DNA from: Candidatus Latescibacterota bacterium
GTDB lineage: Bacteria > Latescibacterota > UBA2968 > UBA8231
Direction of reading: 5' to 3'
Assembly (NCBI GenBank): GCA_965248355.1
Contig: OZ252098.1
Coordinates: forward strand, 3,264,001 to 3,328,000
DNA: 64,000 nt
Each line of letters begins with the position of its first letter. Positions within the stretch are counted from its first letter, which is position 1. Under the pieces are notes generated by a model, which saw nothing but the letters and a program-made list of their open reading frames with translations, was not told the origin of the DNA and ran no database searches. Positions 1 to 9,877 of this stretch are shown piece after piece. The position numbers and the translations under genes are program-made.

Positions 1-92
1 ATGCCGGGAGTCAGCTTTGTCCGCAAGCCGTACCGGCCACATCCCCAGGAGACTTGGAGCGAAGGTGGCCCCCTTATCAAAGCGTATGACAA

Positions 93-946
93 GAACCTAT
101 CTCAAAATTGAAATTGCTTAAGTAAAATCAGGATGGAGGCAAGTTGGACGAAGCCAAGAAAATTCTCCGGATACAATTCCCAGCGAGTGATCACTCGACG
201 CTGCCATTGAAGCCAAGCGAAGAATCTCTCCACCATCCAACGCCGCACATAGCGACGCAATCGGCGTCCGTCCTGAGTCTTTTTCTTGGTTCGGTTCTGG
301 CGATGGGGAGCGATCATCTCGACCCCTTCTTTCTTCAGCTCCTCATCTAACGGGTCGCTGTCGTAGGCTTTGTCTCCAATCAAGTTCTTGGGTTTGTCTT
401 CGATCAGGTAGAAGTCAAACGTCAACTGAACCAGCGTCACTTCATGATGGTTCGCTGCATGCGTGCTCACCGACAAGGGAAGCCCATGGCGGTCCACGAT
501 CCCCATGACTCGTACGCCCTTGCCTCGCTTGGTGTGGCCGATATCGGCACCTCCACCCTTGGCCGCCGAGAACATGCCATCAATGAAAGCTTCCGATTCG
601 TCCAAGTCCCCTTGCTCGTGAAGAGTCTGGGCCAGGTCCACGAGAACTTCGCGTAACACCCCTTGACGACACCGATTTTGAAAACGGCGATGCACGGTTT
701 TGTAGTTCGGATAGCACTGCGGCAACATATGCCATTGAGCCCCGGTATTGAGAATCCAAAGCACAGCTTCAAGAACGTCACGGGTGGCAATCGGTTTACG
801 ACCCGGATGGCTCCCGGGGCGATGCTCCTCAGGAAAGTGATGACGGATCCGTTCCCATTGCTGGTCGGTCAGAGTAACCATACAGTAATGGTACATCATC
901 AGCAATCAGAACTCAAGGTTATGTGTAGTGATTTTGAGATAGGTTC
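93..946 (-). mobile_element. IS5-family insertion sequence (854 bp)
   Basis: Perfect 16-bp terminal inverted repeats GAACCTATCTCAAAAT (93-108) and ATTTTGAGATAGGTTC (931-946). AA flanks both ends (91-92, 947-948). Encloses a transposase. Confidence 0.93.
102..881 (-). CDS. IS5-family DDE transposase
   Basis: N-terminal LTDQQW...VLWILNTGAQWHMLP...TVHRRF domain; DDE-type motifs FIDG, GDKAYDS and RWMVERFFAWL; single uninterrupted ORF. Confidence 0.93.
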   Translation of the reverse strand: MVTLTDQQWERIRHHFPEEHRPGSHPGRKPIATRDVLEAVLWILNTGAQWHMLPQCYPNYKTVHRRFQNRCRQGVLREVLVDLAQTLHEQGDLDESEAFIDGMFSAAKGGGADIGHTKRGKGVRVMGIVDRHGLPLSVSTHAANHHEVTLVQLTFDFYLIEDKPKNLIGDKAYDSDPLDEELKKEGVEMIAPHRQNRTKKKTQDGRRLRRYVRRWMVERFFAWLQWQRRVITRWELYPENFLGFVQLASILILLKQFQF

Positions 947-2131
947 AACTACTTCACTGGGGTGAGAGGCCAAGGAGTCAAAGTGGCCATCATCGACGAT
1001 GGCTTCAAGGGGGCGAACGAATTGGCGGGGGACATGCCGGCGAGCTGGCGGTACTCTGACTACACGGACGACGGGATCTACGCCGGCGACTCAGTCCACG
1101 GCACGGCCTGTGCCGAGATCGTCCATGATATGGCCCAACAAGCGGAACTCACGCTACTCAAGGTAGCGGACCTGGTTGACTTGGAGGAGGCGAAGGATCT
1201 TTGCATACGAGAAGGGATTCACATCATAAACCACTCCCTCGGCTGGTTTGGAACAGGCATAGGCGACGGACGGGGAGACGCATGCGACATTGTCAATGAC
1301 GCCGCCGACAATGGTATCCTCTGGGTGAATTCAGCAGGTAATGACGCTAAGAGCCACTACTACGGTTTCTGGTCCGATTTCGATTCGGACGGTTGGCAGA
1401 ATTTCAGCAACGAAGACGAGGTGCTGGCCTTTGACGCTGAAGAAGGAGATGAAATAGAGATCTACCTGACTTGGAATGACTGGCCGACTTCCCGTGAGAA
1501 TTACGACCTCTACCTTGATTTCGTGAACTCATCCGGCGATCTCGAACCCGTCGCCGAGAGTACGAATCGCCAAGATGTCTTCGGTGGCGCCCCTGTAGAA
1601 TCGATCACATACGAGGCAGAGAGATCCGGAGAGTACGGGATTTCTGTTCGCAGTGAGGATGCTCGGCCTAGAAGGCTAAAACTGTGGTCTCTCAATCACG
1701 ATTTCAAAGAGTATTCGGTTGCGGAGAACAGTATCGGGAGTCCTGCCGACGCCCGGGGGGCCTTGAGCGTCGGGGCGATCCATCCTTGGGACTGGGCGAC
1801 CGGACGGATTGCAGACTACAGCTCCCGAGGGCCCACCACCGACGGACGCGTCAAGCCCGACCTCGCCGCGCCTTCTGGAGTGTCGACCGTGTCCTATGGC
1901 GTGTCGACCGCATCCCATGGCACCGAAGGCTACTTCGGGACATCAGCCGCAGCACCCCACGTCGCCGGCGCCGCGGCCCTGATCAAGTCGGCCAATCCAT
2001 CCTATTCGCTCGACGATTTGTGGGATGCCCTCATCGCTGCGACGGTCGACATCGACGCCTTCGGAAAAGACAACAATACCGGTTACGGCAAGCTCGTGCT
2101 GCCGGTCATGGAGCGCCAGGAAGTCATACTG

Positions 2132-3655
2132 CCTCAGATCACTTCCCTGTCTCCCACCAGTGTCCGATACCACCAAGTCGTTACCATCAATGGAACAGGT
2201 TTCGGCTCAGACCGGGGCACCGGCAAGATGGTGTTCTACCCAGACACCGAGCCCAGCTCCTCCCAGTACCTCAGCTGGAGCGACACCCGGATCCAGGTAC
2301 GGGTACCGACCGGTGCGCGTACAGGCAACCTGCAGGTCATCACCGCGACGGGCAGCACCTCCGCCCGGCTGACGATCACCTCTCCATGGGTCTCAAGTGT
2401 CTCCCCTCGCAGCGGCAGGACCAACACTCTCGTCACCGTAACCGGCAGCAACTTCGGTGCTTCGCGCGGTAGCAACTCCGTGAGGATCGGTTCGAGGACG
2501 ATCTCCTCCTACTCCTCCTGGTCGAGCTCCACCATCAGGTTCCGCATTCCGGTCAATACGCGATCCGGCAATCTCAGCGTTCGAACCTCCGAAGGAACGA
2601 GCAACTTCGTCTCCCTCGAGGTTACGAGTCCCTACCTGAGTTGGACTTCTCCAACCCGTGTCAAACCCGGGGATCGTCTGACGCTCACAGGGCGCAACTT
2701 CAGGAGTACCCGAGGTCTCGGTTCGGTCGTGTTCACCCCCAGTGTCCGGCCTTCCTCCGGGGACTACGTGAGCTGGAGCGACAGCAGGATCGTCGTCGAG
2801 GTGCCCGACCGGGCGAAGAGCGGCGACGTGAAGGTCATCACCTCTCAGGGATCCTCCGGTACCAGGCGAATCGAGGTGCAAGAGATCGATGAGCCTCGGA
2901 TCACCTCTGTATCTCCCACCCGCGTCCGCTACAACCAGATCCTGACCATTCGCGGAACCGGTTTCGGCGCCAGCCGCGGCACGGGCAAGGTGGTCTTCTT
3001 CGGAGGCACCGAGCCCAGGTCCTACCAGTACGTCAGCTGGAGCGAGACCCGGATCCAGGTACGGGTCCCGACCGGTGCACGCACTGGAAACCTGCAGGTC
3101 GTCAGCACGAAAGGTCGGGCCACGATCCGGCTGACGGTCACCTCTCCCTGGGTCCGGAGCATCTCTCCCCGGAGCGGCAGGACCAATGCACTCATCACCG
3201 TGAGCGGGAGCAACTTCGGCGCCACCCGAGGAAGCAGCTGGATTCGAGCTGGTGCGACGGTGATCTCCTCCTACTCCTTCTGGTCGAACACCACCATCCG
3301 GTTCCGAATTCCCGTCAATACGCAATCCGGCAATCTCTACGTCAGCACCTCCGAAGGCAGGAGCAACAGCCTCTCCCTGGAGGTGACGAGCCCCTACCTG
3401 GGTTGGGTTTCACCGACCCGTGTGAGTCCCGGGGATCGCCTGACCTTGACGGGAGGCAATTTCGGCAGCACCCGGGGTCTCGGCTATATCCTGTTCACTC
3501 CCAATGTCCGACCTTCCTCCGGGGACTACGTGAGCTGGAGCGACAGCCGCATCGTCGTCGAGGTGCCCGCCCGGGCGAAGACCGGCGACCTGAAGGCCGT
3601 CACTGCCCGTGGGTCATCCGGCACCCGGCGCATCGAGGTGGAAGGCGAAGACCTG
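2132..3655 (+). repeat. Intragenic tandem duplication of a 762-bp unit (three IPT/TIG domains per unit)
   Basis: PQITSLSPTSVRY at 2132 and PRITSVSPTRVRY at 2894; shared DNA blocks such as ccttcctccggggactacgtgagctggagcgacagc. Confidence 0.9.
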
Positions 3656-4330
3656 GAGCCGCTCCCGAGCACAGGGATCTTCGGCTACAGTCCGCCGGAG
3701 CTGACGGAACACCCGAAGAGTGTCAAGTTCGGATTCGAGGGACTCGGCCATGACCTGCTGATGACTTGGTATCTCAAGAACGATGCGGAGGTGAAGATTC
3801 TGGTCAACGGTCAGGACTATGGATCGGTCCCAGTGCGTACGGAGTGGCAACGCTGGTACAGCACTCTGCTCCAAAGGCATCTCAATTCAGGTCAGAACGT
3901 GATCGAGTTCCGCAATCAGGCCAACCAGGATCGCACGAGCAACTATGCCCATTGGCAGTTGACGGAAGTGAAGCTGTGGAAGCCCTTCGATGCCAAGCTG
4001 GCTGCCGGCGCCCGGCTCCTGTCTCCCTCGTTGCTTCTTGCCGAGACCGGGCTGGGCCATCCCTTCCCCACGCCCTTCAACGCCGAGGTCAGCGTGCCTT
4101 CACCACCAATGCCCCCGGGCAGGTCCGCATCTCCGTCTACAACCTGGCTGGACAGCGTGTCCGCCTCTTGCGCGACGGCTGGACCGAGGCCGGGTCCCAC
4201 GAGGCGCACTGGGATGGCCGCACTGATTCAGGCACAGACGCCGGGTCAGGGATATATTGTGTATTGCTCAAGACTCGAACCCTCACCCAGTCGGCCCGGC
4301 TGGTGCTGATCCGATGAGGAGGACACCACC

Positions 4331-4753
4331 ATGGGCGCGACCTATGTCGACGTGACGATCCGCAATCCCGCGGATCCGCACCGCAGCTGGACCGGAAGGT
4401 TCCTGGTCGATACCGGCGCCTTCGACTCGCTCGTTCCGAGGGAGCACCTCGAAGGGATCGGACTCCAACCGAGGGGCCGCCGCGGTTACGTGCTCGCCGA
4501 CGGCAAACCCGCCACTTTGGACATCACCATCGCCGAGATCGAGTTCGAGGGGGAAGTGGTCGGTGGCACCATCGTGTACGGCGAAGAGGGGAGCGAACCG
4601 TTGCTCGGCGTTACCGCCCTGGGGTCAGGGGGATTCGAGGTCGATCCGCGCAACGAAGAGCTGAAGCGGCTGCCGGCCGTTCTGTTGAAAGCCATCCTGC
4701 GCTCCCGGCGTCCAACCCCCTTGATCCACCCAAATCCCAAGAGACTCCCATGA
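4331..4753 (+). CDS. Clan AA (retropepsin-like) aspartic protease
   Basis: FLVDTGA catalytic motif, PLLGVTAL motif; RBS GAGGAGG upstream. Confidence 0.85.
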   Translation: MGATYVDVTIRNPADPHRSWTGRFLVDTGAFDSLVPREHLEGIGLQPRGRRGYVLADGKPATLDITIAEIEFEGEVVGGTIVYGEEGSEPLLGVTALGSGGFEVDPRNEELKRLPAVLLKAILRSRRPTPLIHPNPKRLP

Positions 4754-5664
4754 ACCTCCGTTATCGACAGAACCGACCCCGACCCCTGTTCCCTTGCCTC
4801 CCCTTGGCGGCCATCCTCCTGGCGGCGGCTCCCGGCCGGCTGGACGCCGGCGCCTGGACCCAGCCCCAGTGCGGCTTCTACTCCAAGCTGGCCGGCCTCT
4901 CCTTCAGCTCCCGGGCGGTCCTGAACACCGACGGCGAGCGCCAGGACCGGGCGGTAGACCCCCGGGAGGAGTTGAGCGACCGGGGACTCTCCGCCTACCT
5001 GGAGTACGGCCTGCTGGACCGCCTGACCCTGGTGGCCTCCCTGCCGTACAAGCGGCTGGTCTTCAGGAATCCGAGGGAGGCGAGGTATTTCGAGGCCCTC
5101 GACAGCACCATCGTCCGCCAGCATCCCGACCAATCCCGCTCCGGTCTGGCCGACCTGGAGCTGCGCCTGCGCTGGCGACTGCTCCTCGATCCGGCCGTCG
5201 TCTCCCTGGCCGCGGGCGGCAAGTTCCCCCTGGGCTACGAGGTGCCCACGGAGATCCCGGAGAGCTACGTCCCCCTGGGCACGGGCGAGACCGACGCCGA
5301 GGTGCGCCTGCTGGTGGGCAAGTCCCTGTACCCGCTGCCGGCCTACGTGACCGGCACCCTCGGCTACCGCCGCCGCGGTGGCGATTTCGGCGACGAGCTT
5401 TTCCACGGCCTGGAGGCCGGCTACTCCTACAACCGCCTGCTGGTCAAGGGCGTGGTGGAGGGGATTCAGACCCTCGGAGACTGCGGCGCCATGGGCGAGG
5501 GCGGCGGGCTCATCGGCGACCAGAACAGCCTCAAGTTGTCGCCGGGGCTGATCTGGTCCTTCAACGACCGGCTGGAGATCAGCGCCGATCTGTTCCACAT
5601 CGCCTCAGGCTGCAACACGGCGGCGGGCACCACCTATGCCCTCGGTCTGGCCTTCAAGGGGTAG
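4750..5664 (+). CDS. Exported hypothetical protein, probable outer-membrane beta-barrel
   Basis: Signal peptide ending LDAGA-WTQP; amphipathic strands (YLEYGL, LADLELRLRW); C-terminal ALGLAFKG. Confidence 0.6.
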   Translation: MNLRYRQNRPRPLFPCLPLAAILLAAAPGRLDAGAWTQPQCGFYSKLAGLSFSSRAVLNTDGERQDRAVDPREELSDRGLSAYLEYGLLDRLTLVASLPYKRLVFRNPREARYFEALDSTIVRQHPDQSRSGLADLELRLRWRLLLDPAVVSLAAGGKFPLGYEVPTEIPESYVPLGTGETDAEVRLLVGKSLYPLPAYVTGTLGYRRRGGDFGDELFHGLEAGYSYNRLLVKGVVEGIQTLGDCGAMGEGGGLIGDQNSLKLSPGLIWSFNDRLEISADLFHIASGCNTAAGTTYALGLAFKG

Positions 5665-5723
5665 GGAGGCGCGCAGCGGAGCAGCCCGTATATTCTCCCT
5701 GCCACCATGGAAAGGAGGCCGGC

Positions 5724-6716
5724 ATGCCGCGCAGGAAATGGGAGATCCCCGAGCGTGAGGCCACCGACGAAGCCGTCTATCTCAACCGCCGCAGGTTCCT
5801 TCGGGGGGCCGGTCTGGGCACCATCGGCCTGATCTCGGGCTGCATCCCGGACAGGCTTCTCCAGCCCAAGGACCTCCTCGATCCGCAACCCTTCCTCGGC
5901 CCCGAGAACCGCGAGCCGATCCCGCCGGACCAGTGGTACCCGGCGCCGGTGAACCCGGATTTCTCCACCCTCGACCGCGCGCTCACCGGCGAGGACGTGG
6001 CCGGCACCTACAACAACTTCTACGAGTTCTCCACCGGCAAGGACGTCTGGCGCCACGTCGACGATTTCGAGCCCTCCCCGTGGACCGTGGAGATCGGCGG
6101 CCTGGTGCCCGAGCCCAAGACCTGGGACATCGACGACCTCGTGGGCCGGATGGACCTGGAGGAGCGGCTCTACCGCCACCGTTGCGTCGAGGCCTGGTCC
6201 ATGGCCATCCCCTGGACCGGCTTTCCCATGAAGGCCCTCATCGACCTGGTGCAGCCGCTGTCGTCGGCCCGTTTCGTGCGCATGGTCTCCTTCTTCAATC
6301 CGGAGGTCGCCCCGGGGCAATGGGACCGGCCCGACTTTCCCTGGCCCTACGTCGAGGGCCTGAGCATGGCCGAGGCCACCAATGAGCTGACCCTGCTGGT
6401 GACCGGCATCTACGGCCACGCGCTGCCCAAGCAGCACGGCCCCCCCCTGCGCCTGGTGACGCCCTGGAAGTACGGCTTCAAGGGCATCAAGTCGATTGTG
6501 CGGATCGAGTTCGTCAGCGAGCAGCCGGCCACGTTCTGGAACACCGAAGCGCCCCACGAATACGGCTTCCTCTCCAACGTCGAGCCCGAGGTTCCCCATC
6601 CCCGGTGGTCGCAGGCCAGCGAGCGCTTCATCTCCAGCAGCCTGACGAGTTTCAAACGGCTCGACACCCTGCTCTACAACGGCTATGGGGAGTACGTCGC
6701 CCACCTGTACGGGTGA
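5724..6716 (+). CDS. msrP: Protein-methionine-sulfoxide reductase catalytic subunit MsrP (YedY)
   Basis: Tat motif NRRRFL; YNNFYEF, RHRCVEAWSM, PWKYGFKGIKSI and HPRWSQASER; RBS AAGGAGG at 5712-5718. Confidence 0.93.
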   Translation: MPRRKWEIPEREATDEAVYLNRRRFLRGAGLGTIGLISGCIPDRLLQPKDLLDPQPFLGPENREPIPPDQWYPAPVNPDFSTLDRALTGEDVAGTYNNFYEFSTGKDVWRHVDDFEPSPWTVEIGGLVPEPKTWDIDDLVGRMDLEERLYRHRCVEAWSMAIPWTGFPMKALIDLVQPLSSARFVRMVSFFNPEVAPGQWDRPDFPWPYVEGLSMAEATNELTLLVTGIYGHALPKQHGPPLRLVTPWKYGFKGIKSIVRIEFVSEQPATFWNTEAPHEYGFLSNVEPEVPHPRWSQASERFISSSLTSFKRLDTLLYNGYGEYVAHLYG

Positions 6717-6733
6717 CTCTGAAGGAGGCCTTC

Positions 6734-7375
6734 ATGCGCCGACTCCTGTCCACCATCCCCTTCCTCTTCCTGGCCGCCGCGCCCCTTTTCGCCCAGGAAG
6801 AGCTCCACGGCACCTGGGAGGGCACCGTCGTCGTCGACCGCGTCGGCGAGATCACCAATCGCCTGACCTTCGAGGCGGACGGCTCCTTCGAGATCGACCA
6901 GGTCATTCAGGTGAAGGACGACTTCCTGGCCGATGTCGAAGTGCCGGAGGCCCCGGCCATGGAGACGATCTCCGCCTACGGCACCGGCACCTACGGAGTC
7001 GAGGGCAACAGCCTGATGGTGGAGATCGCCGAGCTCGACCTGAAGGTCGATGGCGAGGGTTTCATCGAGTTTTTCACCCGCGTCGCCCGCGGTCTGGCCC
7101 GTTACGCCGCGGACTCCCACGGCGTCTCCGAAGAGAGCTACCCCGAATTCGAGCAGGCCTTCGTCGATGAGTTCTTCGCCGTCCTCGACGAGGTCGAGCT
7201 CCTCGCCGTCTTCGGCGAGGAGGGTGGGACGAGCACCTACACCATCGACGGGAACGTCCTCACCCTGACGACGGAGGCCGATGCCGGGGTCTGGGAGTTC
7301 GAGCGCGTCGACGGTGCGCCCACCGCTGTCGCCCGCACCACCTGGGGCCGCCTGAAGTCGACCCGAAGCCCCTGA
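6734..7375 (+). CDS. Secreted acidic hypothetical protein with C-terminal TTWGRLK tail
   Basis: RBS AAGGAGG; signal peptide MRRLLSTIPFLFLAAAPLFA; ends PTAVARTTWGRLKSTRSP. Confidence 0.75.
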   Translation: MRRLLSTIPFLFLAAAPLFAQEELHGTWEGTVVVDRVGEITNRLTFEADGSFEIDQVIQVKDDFLADVEVPEAPAMETISAYGTGTYGVEGNSLMVEIAELDLKVDGEGFIEFFTRVARGLARYAADSHGVSEESYPEFEQAFVDEFFAVLDEVELLAVFGEEGGTSTYTIDGNVLTLTTEADAGVWEFERVDGAPTAVARTTWGRLKSTRSP

Positions 7376-7384
7376 GGCTCTCCA

Positions 7385-8407
7385 TCATCGCCGGCTGTCG
7401 TCGCCGGCCTCGGTGAGCAGGCGGACTACGGCCGCCAACCCCTTCCTGTTCTTCACCTGCGAGCGCTGCGCGGCCTGCACCGGCGTCTCCCCCTTGTCGT
7501 CGGTGGCATCCGCGTCGGCACCGCGGTCCAGCAGCAGGGCGACGACGCCATCGAAGCCCGCCCTGGCGGCACAGTGCAGGGCCGTCTGTCCCTTGTGGTT
7601 CCGCGCACCGACGTCGGCCCCGAGATCGAGCAGGGCGCGCACCCGGTGGACGTTGCCGCCCCGGTCCCCCCGCGACTGGAAGACCAGCGGCGGCCAGCCG
7701 CCCTCGGCATGGTTCACGTCGACCGGGGCGCCGTAACGGGCCAGCACCTCCATGATCCCGGCGTCGGTGAGGCCCGCGCGGGGGACCTGCGCCCGGGCCG
7801 GATCGGCGCCGGCCCGGAGCAGTGCCTCGAGGATGTCGGCCCGCTCCCGCCACACGGCAAAGCGGATCAACCAGTCGCTGTAGGGCCGCGGGTCGGCGCC
7901 CCTCGCCAGCAGCATGTCGACGATGGGGAGGTGCCCGGCGCTCACGGCGTAGTGAAGCACCGTGGCCCGCCGGCCGTCGTCGTGCTGAGCCCTCTCCGCC
8001 AGGGCCAGATCCGGCTCCCGGTCGAGGTGCTCCGAGACCGCCTCCCCGTCCCCGAGAAAGACCGCACTGTAGATATCGCTGGCCGCCCCCCGCTCCAGCA
8101 GGCGGTCGGCGACCGCGTGGTGGCCCTTGTGACGCGCGGCGCACCAGGCGGAGATCTCGACCAGCAGAGGTGTGAAATGACAACCGCAGGCGTCGATTTC
8201 GGCGCCCCGGTCCAGCAGGTAGTCGACCATGGCCAGCCGCCCCCGGTACGCGGCTTCCCACAGCATGGTGCGGCCGTGGGAGCCGGCGCGGCGGACCCAG
8301 GCCGGCTCCCGCGCCAGCACGGCCCGGACCGTCTCCAGGTCGCCGCGCCCGGCCGCCGCCACGGCGACCTTCATGAAGTCGCTGCCCTTTCCCGTCAGGA
8401 TTCTCAT
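7385..8407 (-). CDS. Ankyrin-repeat protein
   Basis: Repeats such as GRTMLWEAAYRG, TVLHYAVSAGHLPIVDMLLARGAD and GQTALHCAARAGFDGVVALLLDRGADA; purine-rich RBS before ATG 8407. Confidence 0.9.
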   Translation of the reverse strand: MRILTGKGSDFMKVAVAAAGRGDLETVRAVLAREPAWVRRAGSHGRTMLWEAAYRGRLAMVDYLLDRGAEIDACGCHFTPLLVEISAWCAARHKGHHAVADRLLERGAASDIYSAVFLGDGEAVSEHLDREPDLALAERAQHDDGRRATVLHYAVSAGHLPIVDMLLARGADPRPYSDWLIRFAVWRERADILEALLRAGADPARAQVPRAGLTDAGIMEVLARYGAPVDVNHAEGGWPPLVFQSRGDRGGNVHRVRALLDLGADVGARNHKGQTALHCAARAGFDGVVALLLDRGADADATDDKGETPVQAAQRSQVKNRKGLAAVVRLLTEAGDDSRR

Positions 8408-8546
8408 CCCCCCTCCCTCGGATGGACCGGGAACCGCCCCTGTCCGTCCGGCTTCGGCCTTTTGACATCGGGGGCGGAAGGGTGCCAATTTCGCCCCGCC
8501 AGGAATATGACCGCGTTTGCAGGCCAGAGCAGGGATTGGGTGCAAG

Positions 8547-9839
8547 GTGAACAAGACGGTTGACCAACTGCAACATGAGATCCAGCTCATGAAGGCCATC
8601 TTCGACAGCATCAGCGACGGTGTGATCGTCGCCGACGAGATGGGCAACCTCACCTTCAACGATAGTGCGGAACGGATTGTCGGAGGCAGGGTGGACACCG
8701 TGCTCGAACAATCGACCGAGGAGTACGGCATCTTCTATCCCGACAGGGTCACCCCCATTCCCACCGGGGAACTGCCGCTCGTGCGCGCCATGCACGGGGA
8801 GGCGACCGATGAGATGGAGATGTTCATTCGCACGGCCGCAAACCCGGAGGGCGTCTACATAAGCGCCAGCGGCAGGCCCATCACCTCGCCAGGCGATGGT
8901 CCCCACGGCGGGGTCATCGTCTTCCGCGATGTGACGGAGAGAGTGCGGGCGCAGGAAGCCCTGGCCCAGGCTTTCGCCCAGGGCCGCCTCGAGGTCATGG
9001 ACACGATCCTCCACAACATCGGCAATGCCATCAACAGCGTGGCCATCGGCATTGGCACCCTCAAAGAGCGCTTGCGGGACAACCCGCTGATCGAACGCCT
9101 GGCAGGCCTGTCAGGAGCCGTCGGGGAGCATTCGGAGGACTGGGAGGACTATGTCCGGAATGACCCTCAGGGACGGCAGATCCGCCCCTTTCTCCTGGCT
9201 CTTGCCGACGACTTCGCCAGGGAGAACCGGCAGCTGATCCGCACGGTCGAACGCGTCGACAGCCAGACGGACCACATCGTGGAAATCGTCCGCGCGCAAC
9301 GGGGTTTCGACAGCAAGGCCATGACCTGCAAGGACGTCAACCTGCGGCAGGCGATCTTCGAGGCCATGAGGATCATGCAGAACTCCTTCGCGAGAAGGGG
9401 CATCCGGACCCACGTGAACTGCGGCAACGCCCCCCGGGAGATTCGCATTCAGGAGACCCAGTTCAACCAGATGCTGGTCAATCTGCTGAAGAACGCCATG
9501 GAAGCGATCGATGAGCTGAAGCAGTCAGGAGGTCTGGAGGGACCGCCTCGCATCGAGATCAGGGCCCGTGTACGGAAGGGCTTCCTCGTCCTCGAGGTGG
9601 AGGACAACGGCATCGGCATCGACTCGAAGGACCTCACCGCCATCTTCAGGGCGGGCTATACGACGAAACGGGAAGGAAGCGGGATCGGTCTCCACTCGGC
9701 GGCCAATTTCGTCGCCACCACCGGGGGAAGAATACAACCCCTGAGCCGCGGACACGGCACAGGCGCCACCATGCGCGTCATGGTGCGGCTCGGTTCAGGC
9801 GGCGAGGATGGCGGCGGCGCCTCGGAAACCGCTTCCTGA
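8547..9839 (+). CDS. Cytoplasmic PAS-domain sensor histidine kinase
   Basis: PAS (IFDSISDGVIVAD...VFRDVTER), H-box ILHNIGNAINSV, N-box NLLKNAMEA, DNGIGI and GSGIGL; no transmembrane segment; start uncertain. Confidence 0.9.
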   Translation: MNKTVDQLQHEIQLMKAIFDSISDGVIVADEMGNLTFNDSAERIVGGRVDTVLEQSTEEYGIFYPDRVTPIPTGELPLVRAMHGEATDEMEMFIRTAANPEGVYISASGRPITSPGDGPHGGVIVFRDVTERVRAQEALAQAFAQGRLEVMDTILHNIGNAINSVAIGIGTLKERLRDNPLIERLAGLSGAVGEHSEDWEDYVRNDPQGRQIRPFLLALADDFARENRQLIRTVERVDSQTDHIVEIVRAQRGFDSKAMTCKDVNLRQAIFEAMRIMQNSFARRGIRTHVNCGNAPREIRIQETQFNQMLVNLLKNAMEAIDELKQSGGLEGPPRIEIRARVRKGFLVLEVEDNGIGIDSKDLTAIFRAGYTTKREGSGIGLHSAANFVATTGGRIQPLSRGHGTGATMRVMVRLGSGGEDGGGASETAS

Positions 9840-9877
9840 GGTCGTTCATCGGATTCATCGGGCGGGAAGGCGTATTC

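Larger units (their letters stand above)
1..4317 (+). pseudogene. Secreted S8 (subtilisin-like) peptidase with 6 IPT/TIG domains and a C-terminal FlgD-Ig-like tail; interrupted by an IS and frameshifted; 5' end probably upstream of the window
   Basis: Catalytic motifs AIIDDGF, HGTACAEIVH and GTSAAAPHVAG in ORF 962..4309. Bases 1-92 rejoin in frame after removing the IS. The tail continues in another frame from ~4098 (FTTNAPGQVRISVYNLAGQRVR...WDGR...SGIY...LVLIR, stop 4315-4317). Confidence 0.85.

Noticed and set aside
962..4309. ORF as a complete stand-alone 1115-aa protein
   Set aside because: The start is created by the IS insertion, and the last ~70 residues are out of frame.
4794..5723. 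N-terminal extension of MsrP in the ORF track (similar upstream extensions for yggS, polyprenyl synthase, glcD, ymdB, tatD and the RND permease)
   Set aside because: These are Arg/Pro/Gly-rich read-through of neighbouring genes in another frame; better starts with an RBS or stop-start overlap lie downstream.
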